Shown here: piece by piece, positions 1 to 13,234 of the stretch
Position numbering within the stretch: the stretch's first letter is position 1
Layout of the letters: the number at the start of each line of letters is the position of its first letter
Source of the DNA: Squalus acanthias
Taxonomy: Eukaryota
NCBI GenBank assembly: GCA_030390025.1
Contig: CM059431.1
Coordinates: forward strand, 97,838,001 to 97,902,000
DNA: 64,000 nucleotides
Reading direction: 5' to 3'
The notes under the pieces: generated by a model
What the model was told of the DNA's origin: nothing
What the model saw: the letters and a program-made list of their open reading frames with translations, nothing else
Databases searched by the model: none
Made by a program: the position numbers and the translations under genes

Positions 1-3000
1 TGTAAATATTCACACACTCCCGGGGACCCCCTGTAAATATTCACACTCCCGGAGACCCCCTGTAAATATTCACACTCCCGGGGACCCCCTGTAAATATTC
101 ACACACTCCCGGGGACCCCCTGTAAATATTCACACACTCCCGGGAACCCCCTGTAAATATTCACACACTGCCGGGGACCCCCTGTAAATATTCACACACT
201 GCCGGGGACCCCCTGTAAATATTCACACTCCCGGGGACCCCCTGTGAATATTCACACACTCCCGGAGACCCCCTGTAAATATTCACACACTGCCGGGGAC
301 CCCCTGTAAATATTCACACTCCCGGGGACCCCCTGTGAATATTCACACACACCCGGGGCCCCCTGTAAATATTCACACACTCCCGGGGACCCCCAGTAAA
401 TATTCACACACTCCCGGAGACCCCCTGTAAATATTCACACACTCCCGGAGACCCCCAGTACATATTCACACACTCCCGGAGACCCCCCTGTAAATATTTA
501 CACACTCCCGGGGACCCCCTGTAAATATTCACACACTCCCGGAGACCCCCCTGTAAATATTCACACACTCCCGGAGACCCCCCTGTAAATATTCACACAC
601 TCCCAGGGACCCCCTGTAAATATTCACACTCCCCGGGACCCCCTGTAAATATTCACACACTCCCGGGACCCCCTGTAAATATTCACACACTCCCGGGACC
701 CCCTGTAAATATTCACACACTCCCGGGACCCCCTGTAAATATTCACACACTCCCGGAGACCCCCTGTAAATATTCACACACTCCCGGAGACCCCCTGTAA
801 ATATTCACACACTCCCGGGGACCCCCTGTAAATATTCACACACTCCCGGAGACCCCCTGTAAATATTCACACACTCCCGGGGACCCCCCCTGTAAATATT
901 CACACAGTCCCGGAGACCCCCTGTAAATATTCACACACTCCCGGAGACCCCCCTGTAAATATTCACACTCCCGGAGACCCCCCTGTAAATATTCACACAC
1001 TCCCGGAGACCCCCTGTAAATATTCACACACTCCCGGGGACCCCCTGTAAATATTCACACTCCCGGGGACCCCCTGTAAATTTTCACACTCCCGGAGACC
1101 CCCTGTAAATATTCACACACTCCCGGAGACCCCCTGTAAATATTCACACACTCCCGGAGACCCCCTGTAAATATTCACAGACTCCCGGGGACCCACTGTA
1201 AATATTCACACTCCCGGGGTCCCCCTGTAAATATTCACACTCGCGGAGACCCCCTGTAAATATTCACACACTCCCGGGGACCCCCCTGTAAATATTCACA
1301 CACTTCCGGGGTCCCCCCCTGCAAATATTCACACACTCCCGGAGACCCCCTGTAAATATTCACACTCCCGGAGACCCCCTGTAAATATTCACACACTTCC
1401 GGGGTCCCCCCCTGTAAATATTCACACAGTCCCGGGGACCCACTGTAAATATTCACACACTCCCGGAGACCCCCCTGTAAATATTCACACTCCCGGAGAC
1501 CCCCTGTAAATATTCACACACTCCCGGAGACCCCCTGTAAATATTCACACATTCCCGGCACCCCCCCTGTAAATATTCACACTCCCGGAGACCCCCTGTA
1601 AATATTCACACACTCCCGGGAACCCCCTGTAAATATTCACACATTCCCGGCACCCCCCCTGTAAATATTCCCACACTCCCGGGGACCCCCTGTAAATATT
1701 CACACTCCCGGGGACCCCTTGTAAATATTCACACACTCCCGGAGACCCCCTGTAAATATTCACACTCCCGGAGACCCCCTGTAAATATTCACACTCCCGG
1801 GGACCCCCTGTAAATATTCACACACTCCCGGAGACCCCCTGTAAATATTCACACTCCCGGAGACCCCCTGTAAATATTCACACTCCCGGGGACCCTCTGT
1901 AAATATTCACACTCCCGGAGACCCCCTGTAAATATTCACACTCCCGGAGACCCCCTGTAAATATTCACACTCCCGGAGACCGCCCTGTATATATTCACAC
2001 TCCCGGAGACCCCCTGTAAATATTCACACTCCCGGGGACCCTCTGTAAATATTCACACTCCCAGAGACCCCCTGTAAATATTCACTCCCCGGGACCCCCT
2101 GTAAATATTCACACACTCCCGGAGACCCCCTGTAAATATTCACACTCCCGGGGACCCCCTGTAAATATTCACACTCCCGGAGACCCCCTGTAAATATTCA
2201 CACTCCCGGGGACCCCCTGTAAATATTCACACTCCCGGGGACCCTCTGTAAATATTCACACACTCCCGGGGACCCCCTGTAAATATTCACACACTCCCGA
2301 GGACCCTCTGTAAATATTCACACTCCCGGGGACCCCCTGTAAATATTCACACACTCCCGGGGACCCTCTGTAAATATTCACACACTCCCGAGGACCCTCT
2401 GTAAATATTCACACTCCCGGGGACCCCCTGTAAATATTCACACACTCCCGGGGACCCCCCTGTAAATATTCACACTCCTGGAGACCCCGTAAATATTCAC
2501 ACACTCCCGGGACCCCCTGTAAATATTCACACACTCCCGGGGACCCCCTGTAAATATTCACACACTCCCGGAGACCCCCCCTGTAAATATTCACACACTC
2601 CCGGGGACCCCCCCTGTAAATATTGACACACTCCCGGGATCCCCCTGTAAATATTCACACACTCCCGGGGACCCCCTGTAAATATTCACACACTCCCGGG
2701 ACCCCCTGTAAATATTCACACTCCCCGGGACCCCCCTGTAAATATTCACACTCCCGGAGACCCCCTGTAAATATTCACACTCCCGGGGACCCCCCTGTAA
2801 ATATTCACACACTCCCCGGAGACCCCCTGTAAATATTGACACACTCCCGGGATCCCCCTGTAAATATTCACACACTCCCGGGACCCCCTGTAAATATTCA
2901 CACTCCCCGGGACCCCCTGTAAATATTCACACTCCCGGAGACCCCCTGTAAATATTCACACTCCCGGGGACCCCCCTGTAAATATTCACACACTCCCGGA

Positions 3001-5001
3001 GACCCCCTGTAAATATTCACACACTCCCGGGGACCCCCTGTAAATATTCACACACTCCCGGGACCCCCCTGTAAATATTCACACACTCCCGGGGACCCCC
3101 CTGTAAATATTCACACACTCCCGGAGACCCCCTGTAAATATTCACACACTCCCGGAGACCCCCTGTAAATATTCACACACTCCCGGGGACCCCCTGTAAA
3201 TATTCACACACTCCCGGGGACCCCCTGTAAATATTCACACACTCCCGGGGACCCCCTGTAAATATTCACACACTCCCGGGACCCCCCTGTAAATATTCAC
3301 ACACTCCCGGGGACCCCCCTGTAAATATTCACACACTCCCGGGGACCCCCCTGTAAATATTCACACACTCCCGGAGACCCCCTGTAAATATTCACACACT
3401 CCCGGAGACCCCCCTGTAAATATTCACACTCCCGGAGACCCCCTGTAAATATTCACACACTCCCGGGGACCCCCTGTAAATATTCACACACTCCCGGAGA
3501 CCCCCTGTAAATATTCACACACTCCCGGGGACCCCCTGTAAATATTCACACACTCCCGGGGACCCCCTGTAAATATTCACACACTCCCGGGGACCCCCTG
3601 TAAATATTCACACACTCCCGGGGACCCCCCTGTAAATATTCACACTCCCCGGGACCCCCCTGTAAATATTCACACTCCCGGGGACCCCCTGTAAATATTC
3701 ACACACTCCCGGAGACCCCCCTGTAAATATTCACACACTCCCGGGGACCCTCTGTAAATATTCACACTCCCGGAGACCCCCTGTAAATATTCACACACTC
3801 CCGGAGACCCCCTGTAAATATTCACACACTCCCGGGACCCCCCTGTAAATATTCACTCCCGGGGACCCCCTGTAAATATTCACACACTCCCGGGACCCCC
3901 CTGTAAATATTCACACACTCCCGGAGACCCCCCTGTAAATATTCACACACTCCCGGGGACCCCCTGTAAATATTCACACTCCCGGAGACCCCCTGTAAAT
4001 ATTCACACACTCCCGGAGACCCCCTGTAAATATTCACACACTCCCGGGGACCCCCTGTAAATATTCACACAGTCCCGGAGACCCCCTGTAAATATTCACA
4101 CTCCCGGAGACCCCCTGTAAATATTCACACACTCCCGGGACCCCCCTGTAAATATTCACACACTCCCGGGGACCCCCCTGTAAATATTACACACTCCCGG
4201 GGACCCCCCTGTAAATATTTACACACTCCCGGGGACCCCCCTGTAAATATTCACACACTCCCGGGACCCCCTGTAAATATTCACACACTCCCAGAGACCC
4301 CCCTGTAAATATTCACACACTCCCAGAGACCCCCTGTAAATATTCACACACTCCCGGGGACCCCCTGTAAATATTCACACACTCCCAGAGACCCCCTGTA
4401 AATATTCACACACTCCCAGAGACCCCCTGTAAATATTCACACACTCCCAGAGACCCCCCTGTAAATATTCACACACTCCCGGGGACCCCCCCTGTAAATA
4501 TTCACACTCCCGGGGACCCCCTGCAAATATTCACACACTCCCGGGGACCCCCTGTATATATTCACACACTCCCGGGGACCCCCCCCTGTAAATAGTCACA
4601 CACTCCCCGGGGCCCCCTGTAAATATTCACACACTCCCGGGGACCCCCCTGTAAATATTCACACACTCCCGGAGACCCCCCTGTAAATAGTCACACACCC
4701 CCGGGGACCCCCCCTGTAAATATTCACACTCCCCGGGACCCCCTGTAAAATTCTCTCACTCCCAGAGACCCCCCTGTAAATATTCACACACTCCCGGGAC
4801 CCCCCTGTAAATATTCACACTCCCGGGACCCCCTGTAAATATTCACACACTCCCGAGACCCCCCTGTAAATATTCACACTCCCGGAAACCCCCCTGTAAA
4901 TAGTCACACACTCCCGGGACCCCCTGTAAATATTCACACTCCGCGGGACCCCCCTGTAAATATTCACACACTCGCAGGGACCCCCCTGTAAATATTCACA
5001 C
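1..5001. repeat. Satellite/minisatellite of ~31-34-bp units TGTAAATATTCAC(AC)ACTCCCGG(G/A)GACCCCC, in a NAXD intron
   Basis: About 150 consecutive units; runs off the left edge of the window. Confidence 0.97.
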
Positions 5002-5242
5002 ATCAACAGGGAGCGGTCACATGTATAAGCAGACCCTGCGTCCTCTATGAACTGGAGTGTACCTTTATCGTCCAATATATTGTTGAACAGAGGTTGTAAT
5101 CAGAGGACGCCCTCATGGGCCCTGCTACTGAATCTTGTACACTCTGCCAGGTGCTATTCTATAAAAGCACTTTAGTGAGACAAGGTCAATTGTAAACCAA
5201 TAAACTGGTTCATTTTATATGAAATATATGAATGAACAGAAT

Positions 5243-6580
5243 GGGTAATATACTAGCATGGATTGAGAATTGGTTAACAGACAGAAGCAAAGAGTAGGGA
5301 TAAACGGGTCTTTTTCAGGATGGTAGGCTGTGACTTGCGGGGTACCGCAAGGATCGGTGCTTGGGCCCCAGCTTTTCACAATCTATATCAATGATTTGGA
5401 TGAGGGGACAGACGTAAGAAAACTACTAGGCACTTGGTCTAAGCATTAAACAAAGCTTTAATCAACTGTTTTACAACATGGAGGTCTAGTTGTGTCCTTC
5501 ACTAGTTCCGGTTAAGAATGTCCCGCGCAAGCTGGGCCCGTGCCCGAGTATTTATACTCTCCCTGGACAGCGCCACCAGCAGGCCGCCCAGTATTATTTC
5601 ATAAGTCATTTCCACATGAATGACAAGATTCATGTCAGGGACTAAATGTAACATTTCCAAATTTGCTGATGATACAAAGCTAGGTGGCAGTGTCAGTTGC
5701 GAAGATGTGAAGAGGCTTCAAGGGGATCTCGACAGGCTCAGTGAGTGGGCGAGAACATGGCAGATGGAATATAATGTGGATAAATGTGAAGTTATCCACT
5801 TTGGTAGAAAAAACAGAAAGGCAGAGTATTTCCTAAATGGTGAAAGATTGGGGAATGCAGATGCTCAAAGGGACCTGGGTGTCCTTGTACATGAGTCACT
5901 GAAAGTGAATGTGCAGGTGCAGCAAGCCATTAGGAAGGCAAATGGTATGCTGGCCTTCATTACAAGAGGATTTGAGTACAGGAGTAAAGAAGTCTTACTC
6001 CAATTATATAGGGCCTTGGTGAGAACACACCTGGAGTACTGTGTACAATTTTGGTCTCCTTACCTAAGGAAGGATATACTTGCCATAGAAGGAGTGCAAC
6101 GAAGGTTCACGAGATTGATTCCTGGGATGGCGGGATTGTCGTATGAGAAGAGATTGAGTAAACTAGGCCTGTATTCTCTTGAATTCAGAAGAATGAGAGG
6201 GGATCTCATTGAAGCATACAAAATTATTACAGGGCATGATAGGGTGGATGCTGGGAGAATGTTTCCCTTGGCTGGGGAGTCTAGAACCAGGGGCCACAGC
6301 CTCAGGATAAAGGGTAGGCCATTCAGGACTGAGATGAGAAGAAATTTCTTCACACAGAGGGTGGTGAATCTTTGGAATTCTCTACCCCAGAGGGCTGTGG
6401 AGGCTCAGTCATTGGGTATACTAAAAACAGAAGTCGATAGATTTCTGACTAGTAAGGGCATCAAGGGATATGGCAATAGGGCCGGTGAATGGAGTTGAGG
6501 CAGAAGATCAGCCATGATCTCATTGAATGGCGGAGCAGGCTCGAAGGGCCGAATGGCCGACTCCTGCTCCTATTTCTTAT
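5243..6580 (+). mobile_element. 5'-truncated CR1-type LINE (RT C-terminal half and 3' UTR)
   Basis: Encodes VPQGSVLGP and SKFADDTKL...[11 protein letters not shown]...VVNLWNSLP; tail ends cctatttcttatgt; interrupted by a solo LTR. Confidence 0.93.
5410..5637 (-). mobile_element. 228-bp solo LTR inserted in a CR1
   Basis: TSD GGGAC at 5405-5409 and 5638-5642. Minus-strand termini TGACAT...ACGTCT. TATAAATA then ATTAAA on the minus strand. CR1 sequence resumes on both sides. Confidence 0.75.
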
Positions 6581-6796
6581 GTCACAGCGTGATTCAGGTT
6601 CCTGCTGCTCTCCTGACTCTGCAGCACAATCTACAGGCAGCAGACTGCGCGAGACAGAGCTTCCATTACCGCAATGGACACATGCAATCTACCCAGGTTC
6701 AATAGCTAGCTGGGTGTGACGAAGTGAGCAAACATCCCTGCTTGTGGCATCGCACAGCAGACCAAACCAGCTCATAGCAAACACGCAACCCAGCCC

Positions 6797-7563
6797 CAGA
6801 AAGTCGTAGGTTTAGATCCCACTTCAGAGACTTGAGCACAAAATCTAAGCTGACACTCCAATGCAGTACTGAGGGAGCCCCGCACTGTTGGTGGGGCAGT
6901 ACTGAGGGAGCGCTGCACTGTCAGAGGGGCAGTACTGAGGGAGCGTTGCACTGTCGGAGGGGCAGTACTGAGGGAGTGCTGCACTGTCGGAGGGTCAGTA
7001 CTGAGGGAGCGCTGCACTGTCGGAGGGGCAGTACTGAGGGAGCACTGCACTGTCGCAGGGGTAGTACTGAGGGAGCGCCGCACTGTCGGAGGGGCAGTAC
7101 TGAGGGAGCGCTGCACTGTCGGAGGGGCCGTACTGAGGGAGCGCTGCACTGTCGGAGGGGCAGTACTGAGGGAGCGCCGCACTGTCGGAGGAGCAGTACT
7201 GAGGGAGCGCTGCACTGTCGGAGGGGCAGTCTTTCGGATGAGATATTAAACCGAGGCCATGTCTGACCTCAGGTGGATGTAAAAGATCCCATGACACTAT
7301 TTCGAAGAAGAGCAGGTGAGTTCTCCCCGGTGTCCAGGGCCAATATTTATCCCTCAACTAACACCTAAAAACAGATTATCTGGCCATTATCACTTTGCTG
7401 TTTGTGGGGGCTTGCTGTGCACAAATTGGCTGCTGTGTTTCCTACATTACAACAGTGACTACCCTTCAAAAAGTATTTCATTGGCTGTAAAGCACTTTGG
7501 GACGTCCTGAGGTCATGAATGGGGAAAGAGGTCATGAATGGGGAGTTATAGAAATGCAAGTCT
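6797..7563 (+). mobile_element. tRNA-derived Deu-type SINE with internal 33-bp array (~6864-7229)
   Basis: B-box-like head, array, conserved body gatgtaaaagatcccatg...gaagagcagg, L2-like tail ...tatagaaatgcaagtc. The Deu-type label is from recalled similarity to SacSINE1/AmnSINE. Confidence 0.8.
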
Positions 7564-8268
7564 TTATTTCTCTGTCCTGCGCAGATCAGTGTTGTCCAGT
7601 ACATTAGCCACATGTGGCTAATTGGGGATCCAGATGTGGCTAATAGCATTTCTGATTAATAAAGAAACAATGAGTGATGGGCACAGTCGTTGGTCATGTG
7701 AGTTCAATACTCATATCCACATGGTGTGTACACATGAACTTTACCACCCGAGTATTTTTTGATCGTTGTGGCTGGTTTACTTCCTTGGTTTTTCTGCTAA
7801 AATGGTGTAACACGGGTGAAAGACCAGAGTTCAGCACCGTGGAAACACCAGGATTGTATGGAATCATTGGTCAGCCCTGATATCGGAATAACCACGCCAC
7901 TGCTCGGTGCTAATTCACAGTTTGCTCTTCGCTCCCATGTTGGCTAATCTTGTTCAATGAGCGGAGACCTTTTAAATACTTGTGCGGCTGGTGTTCAATG
8001 GACAGATCCACTGACTGCATCAGTTACTGTCAAACCAACCAAAACCCGGCTTGCACACGAAACAGGAGCCGAGAGGAGTCAGGAACTGTTGGAAAACGTC
8101 CAAAATTAAACCCTTTATACAATTAAAAAGCTGATTGTTAGATGTTCTCGATCAAAAAGGAAAAAAGGTAGGATCAGCAGGATTTCCAACGTGATTAAAC
8201 TCACTCACATCAAAGGATCGCTTCTGTTTACATTCAGGATTTAAAAAAGTCTCTCTGATGCTTTCACC

Positions 8269-9452
8269 AACAACAACTTGTATTTATACAGCACCTTTAA
8301 CATAGTAAAATGTCCCAAGGTGCTTCACAGGAGCGATTATCAAACAAAATCATACACCGAGCCACATAAGGAGATATTAGGACAGGTGACCAAAAGCTTG
8401 GTCAAAGAGGTAGGTTTTAAGGAGCGTCTTAAAGGAGGAGAGATGGCGGAGAGGTTTAGGGAGAGAATTCCAGAGCTTAGGGCCCAGGCAGCTGAAGGCA
8501 CGGCCGCCAATGGTGGAGTGATTAAAATCAGGGGATGCTCAAGATGCCAGAATTGGAGGAGCGCAGAGATCTCGGAGGGTTGTGGGACTGGAGGAGGTTA
8601 CAGGGATCTCGGAGGGATGTGAGGCTGGAGGAGGTTACAGGGATCTCAGAGGGTTGTAGGAGGTTACAGGGATCTCGGAGGGTTGTGGGGCTGGAGGAGG
8701 TTACAGAGATCTCGGAGGGTTGTGGGGCTGGAGGAGGTTACAGAGATCTCGGAGGGTTGTGGGGCTGGAGGAGGTTACAGAGATCTCGGAGGGTTGTGGG
8801 GCTGGAGGAAGTTACAGGGATCTCGGAGGGTTGTAGGGCTGGAGGAGGTTACAGAGATCTCGGAGGGTTGTGGGGCTGGAGGAGGTTACAGAGATCTCGG
8901 AGGGTTGTAGGGCTGGAGGAGGTTTACAGAGATCTCAGAGGGTTGTGGGGCTGGAGGAGGTTACAGAGATCTCAGAGGGTTGTGGGGCTGGAGGAGGTTA
9001 CAGGGATCTCGGAGGGTTGTAGGGCTGGAGGAGGGTTACAGGGATCTCGAGGGTTGTGGGGCTGGAGGAGGTTACAGGGATCTCGGAGGGTTGTGGGGCT
9101 GGAGGAGGTTACCGTTATCCTGGAGGGTTGTAGGGCTGGAGGAGGTTACCGTTATCCTGGAGGGTTGTAGGGCTGGAGGAGGTTACAGGGATCTCGGAGG
9201 GTTGTAGGGCTGGAGGAGGTTACAGGGATCTCGGAGGGTTGTAGGAGGTTACAGAGATCTCGGAGGGTTGTAGGAGGTTTCAGGGATCTCGGAGGGTTGT
9301 AGGAGGTTACAGGGATCTCGGAGGGTTGTAGGAGGTTACAGAGATCTCGGAGGGTTGTGGGGCTGGAGGAGGTTACAGGGATCTCGGAGGGTTGTAGGAG
9401 GTTACAGGGATCTCGGAGGGTTGTAGGAGGTTTCAGGGATCTCGGAGGGTTG
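8269..9452 (-). mobile_element. L2-like LINE 3' end with an expanded 37-bp minisatellite (~8563-9452)
   Basis: 8269-8560 matches the L2-like tails at 25280-25590, 30155-31488 and 56630-57040. Unit GGCTGGAGGAGGTTACAG(A/G)GATCTCGGAGGGTTGT(G/A)G. Confidence 0.85.
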
Positions 9453-9549
9453 TCGGGTTACTGCACGCAACAGCCAATGAGCCGGAAAGCCAGTGAGCTT
9501 CCTAGAAGGAAAGGATTTCTGCGACTAAGCGGACTTTAGTAAAGCTTAC

Positions 9550-9670
9550 CTGTGGCTCCGTCTGAAATGAGATCTTTCTGTCCCTTCTGGACAATAGTCA
9601 CGTTTCCCAGTGCCTGGCTGAGTTGAAGCAGCATGCCTTGGTGGTCACTCACATCCAGAGGACCCTTGAG
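9550..9670 (-). CDS. NAXD: NAXD coding exon ([40 protein letters not shown])
   Basis: 121 bp, cttag/gtaagc boundaries, [14 protein letters not shown] motif. The later exons (CGGQGD motif) were not found and presumably lie left of the window. Confidence 0.95.
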
Positions 9671-10251
9671 CTAAGCACAGAGAATCCATGTCACTACCCG
9701 TCAACTACCGAGTGCTTATTAAAGACCAGTGTGCTGGGGAGCATGGAATGATACAGCACAGGAGGAGGCCATTCGGCCCATCGTGCCTGTGTCAGCTCTT
9801 TGAAAGAGCTCTCCAATTAGTCCCACTCCCCCTGCTCTTTCCCCATAGCCCTGAAAATTTTTCCTTTTCAAGTATTTTATCCAATTCCCTTTTGATAGTT
9901 ATTATTGAATCTGCTTCCACCGCCCTTTCAGGCAGCACACTCCAGATCACAACAACTCGCTGCGTAAAAATAACTCTCCTCATCTCCTCCCTGGTTCTTT
10001 TGCCAATCACCTTAAATCTGTGTCCTCTGGTTACTGACCCTCCTGCCACTGGAAACAGTTTCTCAAAGGTACGAGGCAGAGCAGAAACCTCGAGCTGTGT
10101 CCGAGCTGACGAATGCAATCGGCCAGTTCAGATCTCATGTCACCATGGCAACCGCTTCACAAGACGTCATCGACCCGCTTCAGTAAACCCAAGAGGCCGA
10201 GGCTCCGACTGAGCACAGTCACCCGTCCAATTATCCTTCTCAAAGACTTAC

Positions 10252-10356
10252 CACTGCGTTGTAGAGCCTGGCAAACTCGACGACATTTGGTGTTAGGATG
10301 GCTTTGGTGTATCCATGGATCAGGGACGGCTCTTCGGCAATGACCCAAAGTCCATC
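10252..10356 (-). CDS. NAXD: NAXD coding exon ([35 protein letters not shown])
   Basis: 105 bp, ttcag/gtaagt boundaries, LTPNxxEF motif. Confidence 0.95.
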
Positions 10357-10589
10357 CTGAAAAGGAAAATGATCCAAAACGTTAAGGAGACTGATCCTGA
10401 GCATCGAAGTGTCCACAGCACAAGGAGAATGGATCAATACTTCGCCTCCTAGTTTCTTATACTGAAAATAAAAATCCATTCTCCTACACACCTGGCGGTA
10501 CGCTGCGTGGGGACTGGAGGATTGAATTAAATGAATCGTTGACCAGAATTATGTGGATTCCTTGGTTTTCATAACACGCCAGGGCTCCG

Positions 10590-12197
10590 AACAGAGAATC
10601 AAGCACAAAATCGATACTGGCACTGACAGGGGGCAGCACTGAGGGAGCACTGCACTGTCGGAGGGGCAGCACTGAGGGAGTGCTGCACTGTCGGAGGGCA
10701 GTGCTGAGGGAGTGCTGCACTGTCGGACGGGCAGTACTGAGGGAGTGCTGCACTGTCGGAGGGGCAATACAGAGGGAGTGCTGCACTGTCGGAGGGGCAG
10801 TACTGAGGGAGCGCTGCACTGTCGGAGGGGCAGTACAGAGGGAGCGCTGCACTGTCGGAGGGTCAGTACTGAGGGAGTACTGCACTGTCGGAGGGGTAGT
10901 ACTGAGGGAGTGCTGCACTGTCGGAGGGGCAGTACAGAGGGAGCGTTGCACTTTCGGAGGGGCAGTACTGAGGGAGCGCTGCACTTTTGGAGGGGTAGTA
11001 CAGAGGGAGCGGTGCGCGGTCGGAGGGGCAGTACTGAGGGAGCGGTGCGCTGTCGGAGGGGCAGTACAGAGGGATCGCTGCACTGTCGGAGGGGCAGTAC
11101 TGAGTCAGCGCTGCACTGTCGGAGGGACAGTACAGAGGGTGCGCTGCACTGTCAGGAGGGGCAGTACTGAGGGAGCGCTGCACTGTCGGAGGGGCAGTAC
11201 TGAGGGAGTGCTGCACTGTCGGAGGGGCAGCACTGAGGGAGTGCTGCACTGTCGGAGGGGCAGTACAGAGGGAGCGTTGCACTTTCGGAGGGGCAGTACT
11301 GAGGGAGCGCTGCACTTTCGGAGGGGCAGTACAGAGGGAGCGCAGCACTGTCGGAGGGGCAGTACTGAGTCAGCGCTGCACTGTCGGAGGGACAGTACAG
11401 AGGGTGCGCTGCACTGTCGGAGGGGCAGTACTGAGGGAGCGCTGCACTGTCGGAGGGGCAGTACTGAGGGAGTGCTGCACTGTCGGAGGGGCAGTACTGA
11501 GGGAGCGCTGCACTGTCGGAGGGACAGCACTGAGGGAGTGCCTGCACTGTCGGAGGGGCAGTACTGAGGGAGCGCTGCACTTTCGGAGGGGCAGTACTGA
11601 GGGAGCGCTGCACTGTCGGAGGGGCAGTACTGAGGGAGCGCCGCACTGTCGGAGGGGCAGTACTGAGGTCAGCGCTGCACTGTCGGAGGGACAGTACTGA
11701 GGGTGCGCTGCACTGTCAGAGGGGCAGTACTGAGGGAGTGCTGCACTGTCGGAGGGGCAGTACTGAGGGAGTGCTGCACTGTCGGAGGGGCAGTACTGAG
11801 GGAGCGCCGCACTGTCAGAGGGGTAGTACAGAGGATGCGCTGCACTGTCAGAGGGGCAGTACTGAGGGAGCGCTGCACTGTCAGAGGTGCCGTCTTTTCG
11901 ATGAGACATTCAACCAAGACCCAGTCTGCCCTCTCAGGTGGTTGTAAAAGATCCCACGGCACTATTCGAAGAAGAGCAGGGGAGTTCTCCCCGGTGTCCT
12001 GGGGCCAATATTTATCACTCAACCAACATCACTAAAACAAATTAACTGGTCATTATCACATTGCTGTTTGTGGGAGCTTGCTGTGCCGTGGTTCCTACAT
12101 TACAACAGTGACTACACTTCAGAAGTAGTTCATTGGCTGTAATGCGCTTTGGGTCGTCCCGAGGTGGTGAAAGGGGCTGTAGAAATGCAAGTCTTTC
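10590..12197 (+). mobile_element. SINE with ~38-unit 33-bp array (~10630-11886)
   Basis: Unit CAGTACTGAGGGAGCGCTGCACTGTCGGAGGGG followed by the SINE body and tail. Confidence 0.88.
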
Positions 12198-12339
12198 TTT
12201 TACCAGGACTCAGCAGTGAGGAGTTTGTACAGGTAACATAAAATCCAGGCAGTGCATGACAACATTGAGAAAAAGGTGAAATCCCTGAGCTTAAAATACG
12301 ACAAGACCTGTGTGAATCTGAGCAGAAAGATATACTCAC

Positions 12340-12390
12340 GGCGTCAATCACAATGGGCATTCCTCGGAGCCTGCACTGCTCAATGATACC
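12340..12390 (-). CDS. NAXD: NAXD coding exon (GIIEQCRLRGMPIVIDA)
   Basis: 51 bp, aacag/gtgagt boundaries; first half of the VIDAD motif. Confidence 0.93.
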
Positions 12391-13234
12391 CTGTTGTGAA
12401 AGAAATCCGTTTTCAGTCCCCACATCACCTGGCGAGGGTTAGTTTTCAGGTTAACCACATTACATAGAAAGCCCAGCACAGAAACAGGCCATTCGGCCCA
12501 ACTGGTCTGTGCCAGTGTTTCTGCTCCACTCGAGCCTCCTCCCACCCCTCTTCATCTCACCCCATCAGCATATCCTTCTATTCCTTTCTCCCTCATGTGT
12601 TTATCTAGCCTCCCCTTAAATGTCTCTCTGCTATTCGCCTCAACCACTCCCTGTGGTAGCGAGTTCCACATTCTCTGGGTAAAGAAGTTTCTCCTGAATT
12701 CCCCATTGGATTTATTAGTGACTATCTTATATTTATGACCTTTTGATTTTTAAATTGATTTTGAATTTTCCGTGGAGCAGAGATGCCACATTCAACAGTT
12801 CAAGTGTCGGCAGACTGGGATTTGAAGCAATTGGGACATTTTCCTACATTAATGATGCTCCATAAACGCGAGCTGTTGTTGGGAACGTTGCGATCAGTGG
12901 AGGGCGGGAGGCAGGAGGCATCGGAAGAATCTGCAGCAGCGGCGATTCCACGTTGGGGGACTGCCTCAGGCAGGACGGGGGGGCACTCGGGAAATTGCCG
13001 ATTGTGGAACAGCCCCCTGATATTCAACTGTTAAAGACCAGGGCCGAGATATTCCGGGGAGCAGGGTACAAGGGTGGGGCTCGAGGTGCCCCCGATATTG
13101 GGCCTCGGCCTGATACCCATGAAGTGGGTAAGCTGCGAGAGCGAGAGGCAGCTGTCCCGGCGGAGCGCGTTTGAAGATCAGGGCCGGCGAAGAGAGCGCC
13201 GGTCCCCGGGTCATGGGGTGGGGGGGTGACCAGG

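Noticed and set aside
1..5001. CRISPR-like regular repeat and its short ORFs
   Set aside because: No unique spacers, no cas genes, vertebrate intron; it is a satellite.
5000..9540. Final NAXD exons (RRCGGQGD motif)
   Set aside because: Searched by eye on the minus strand and not found; presumably beyond the left edge.
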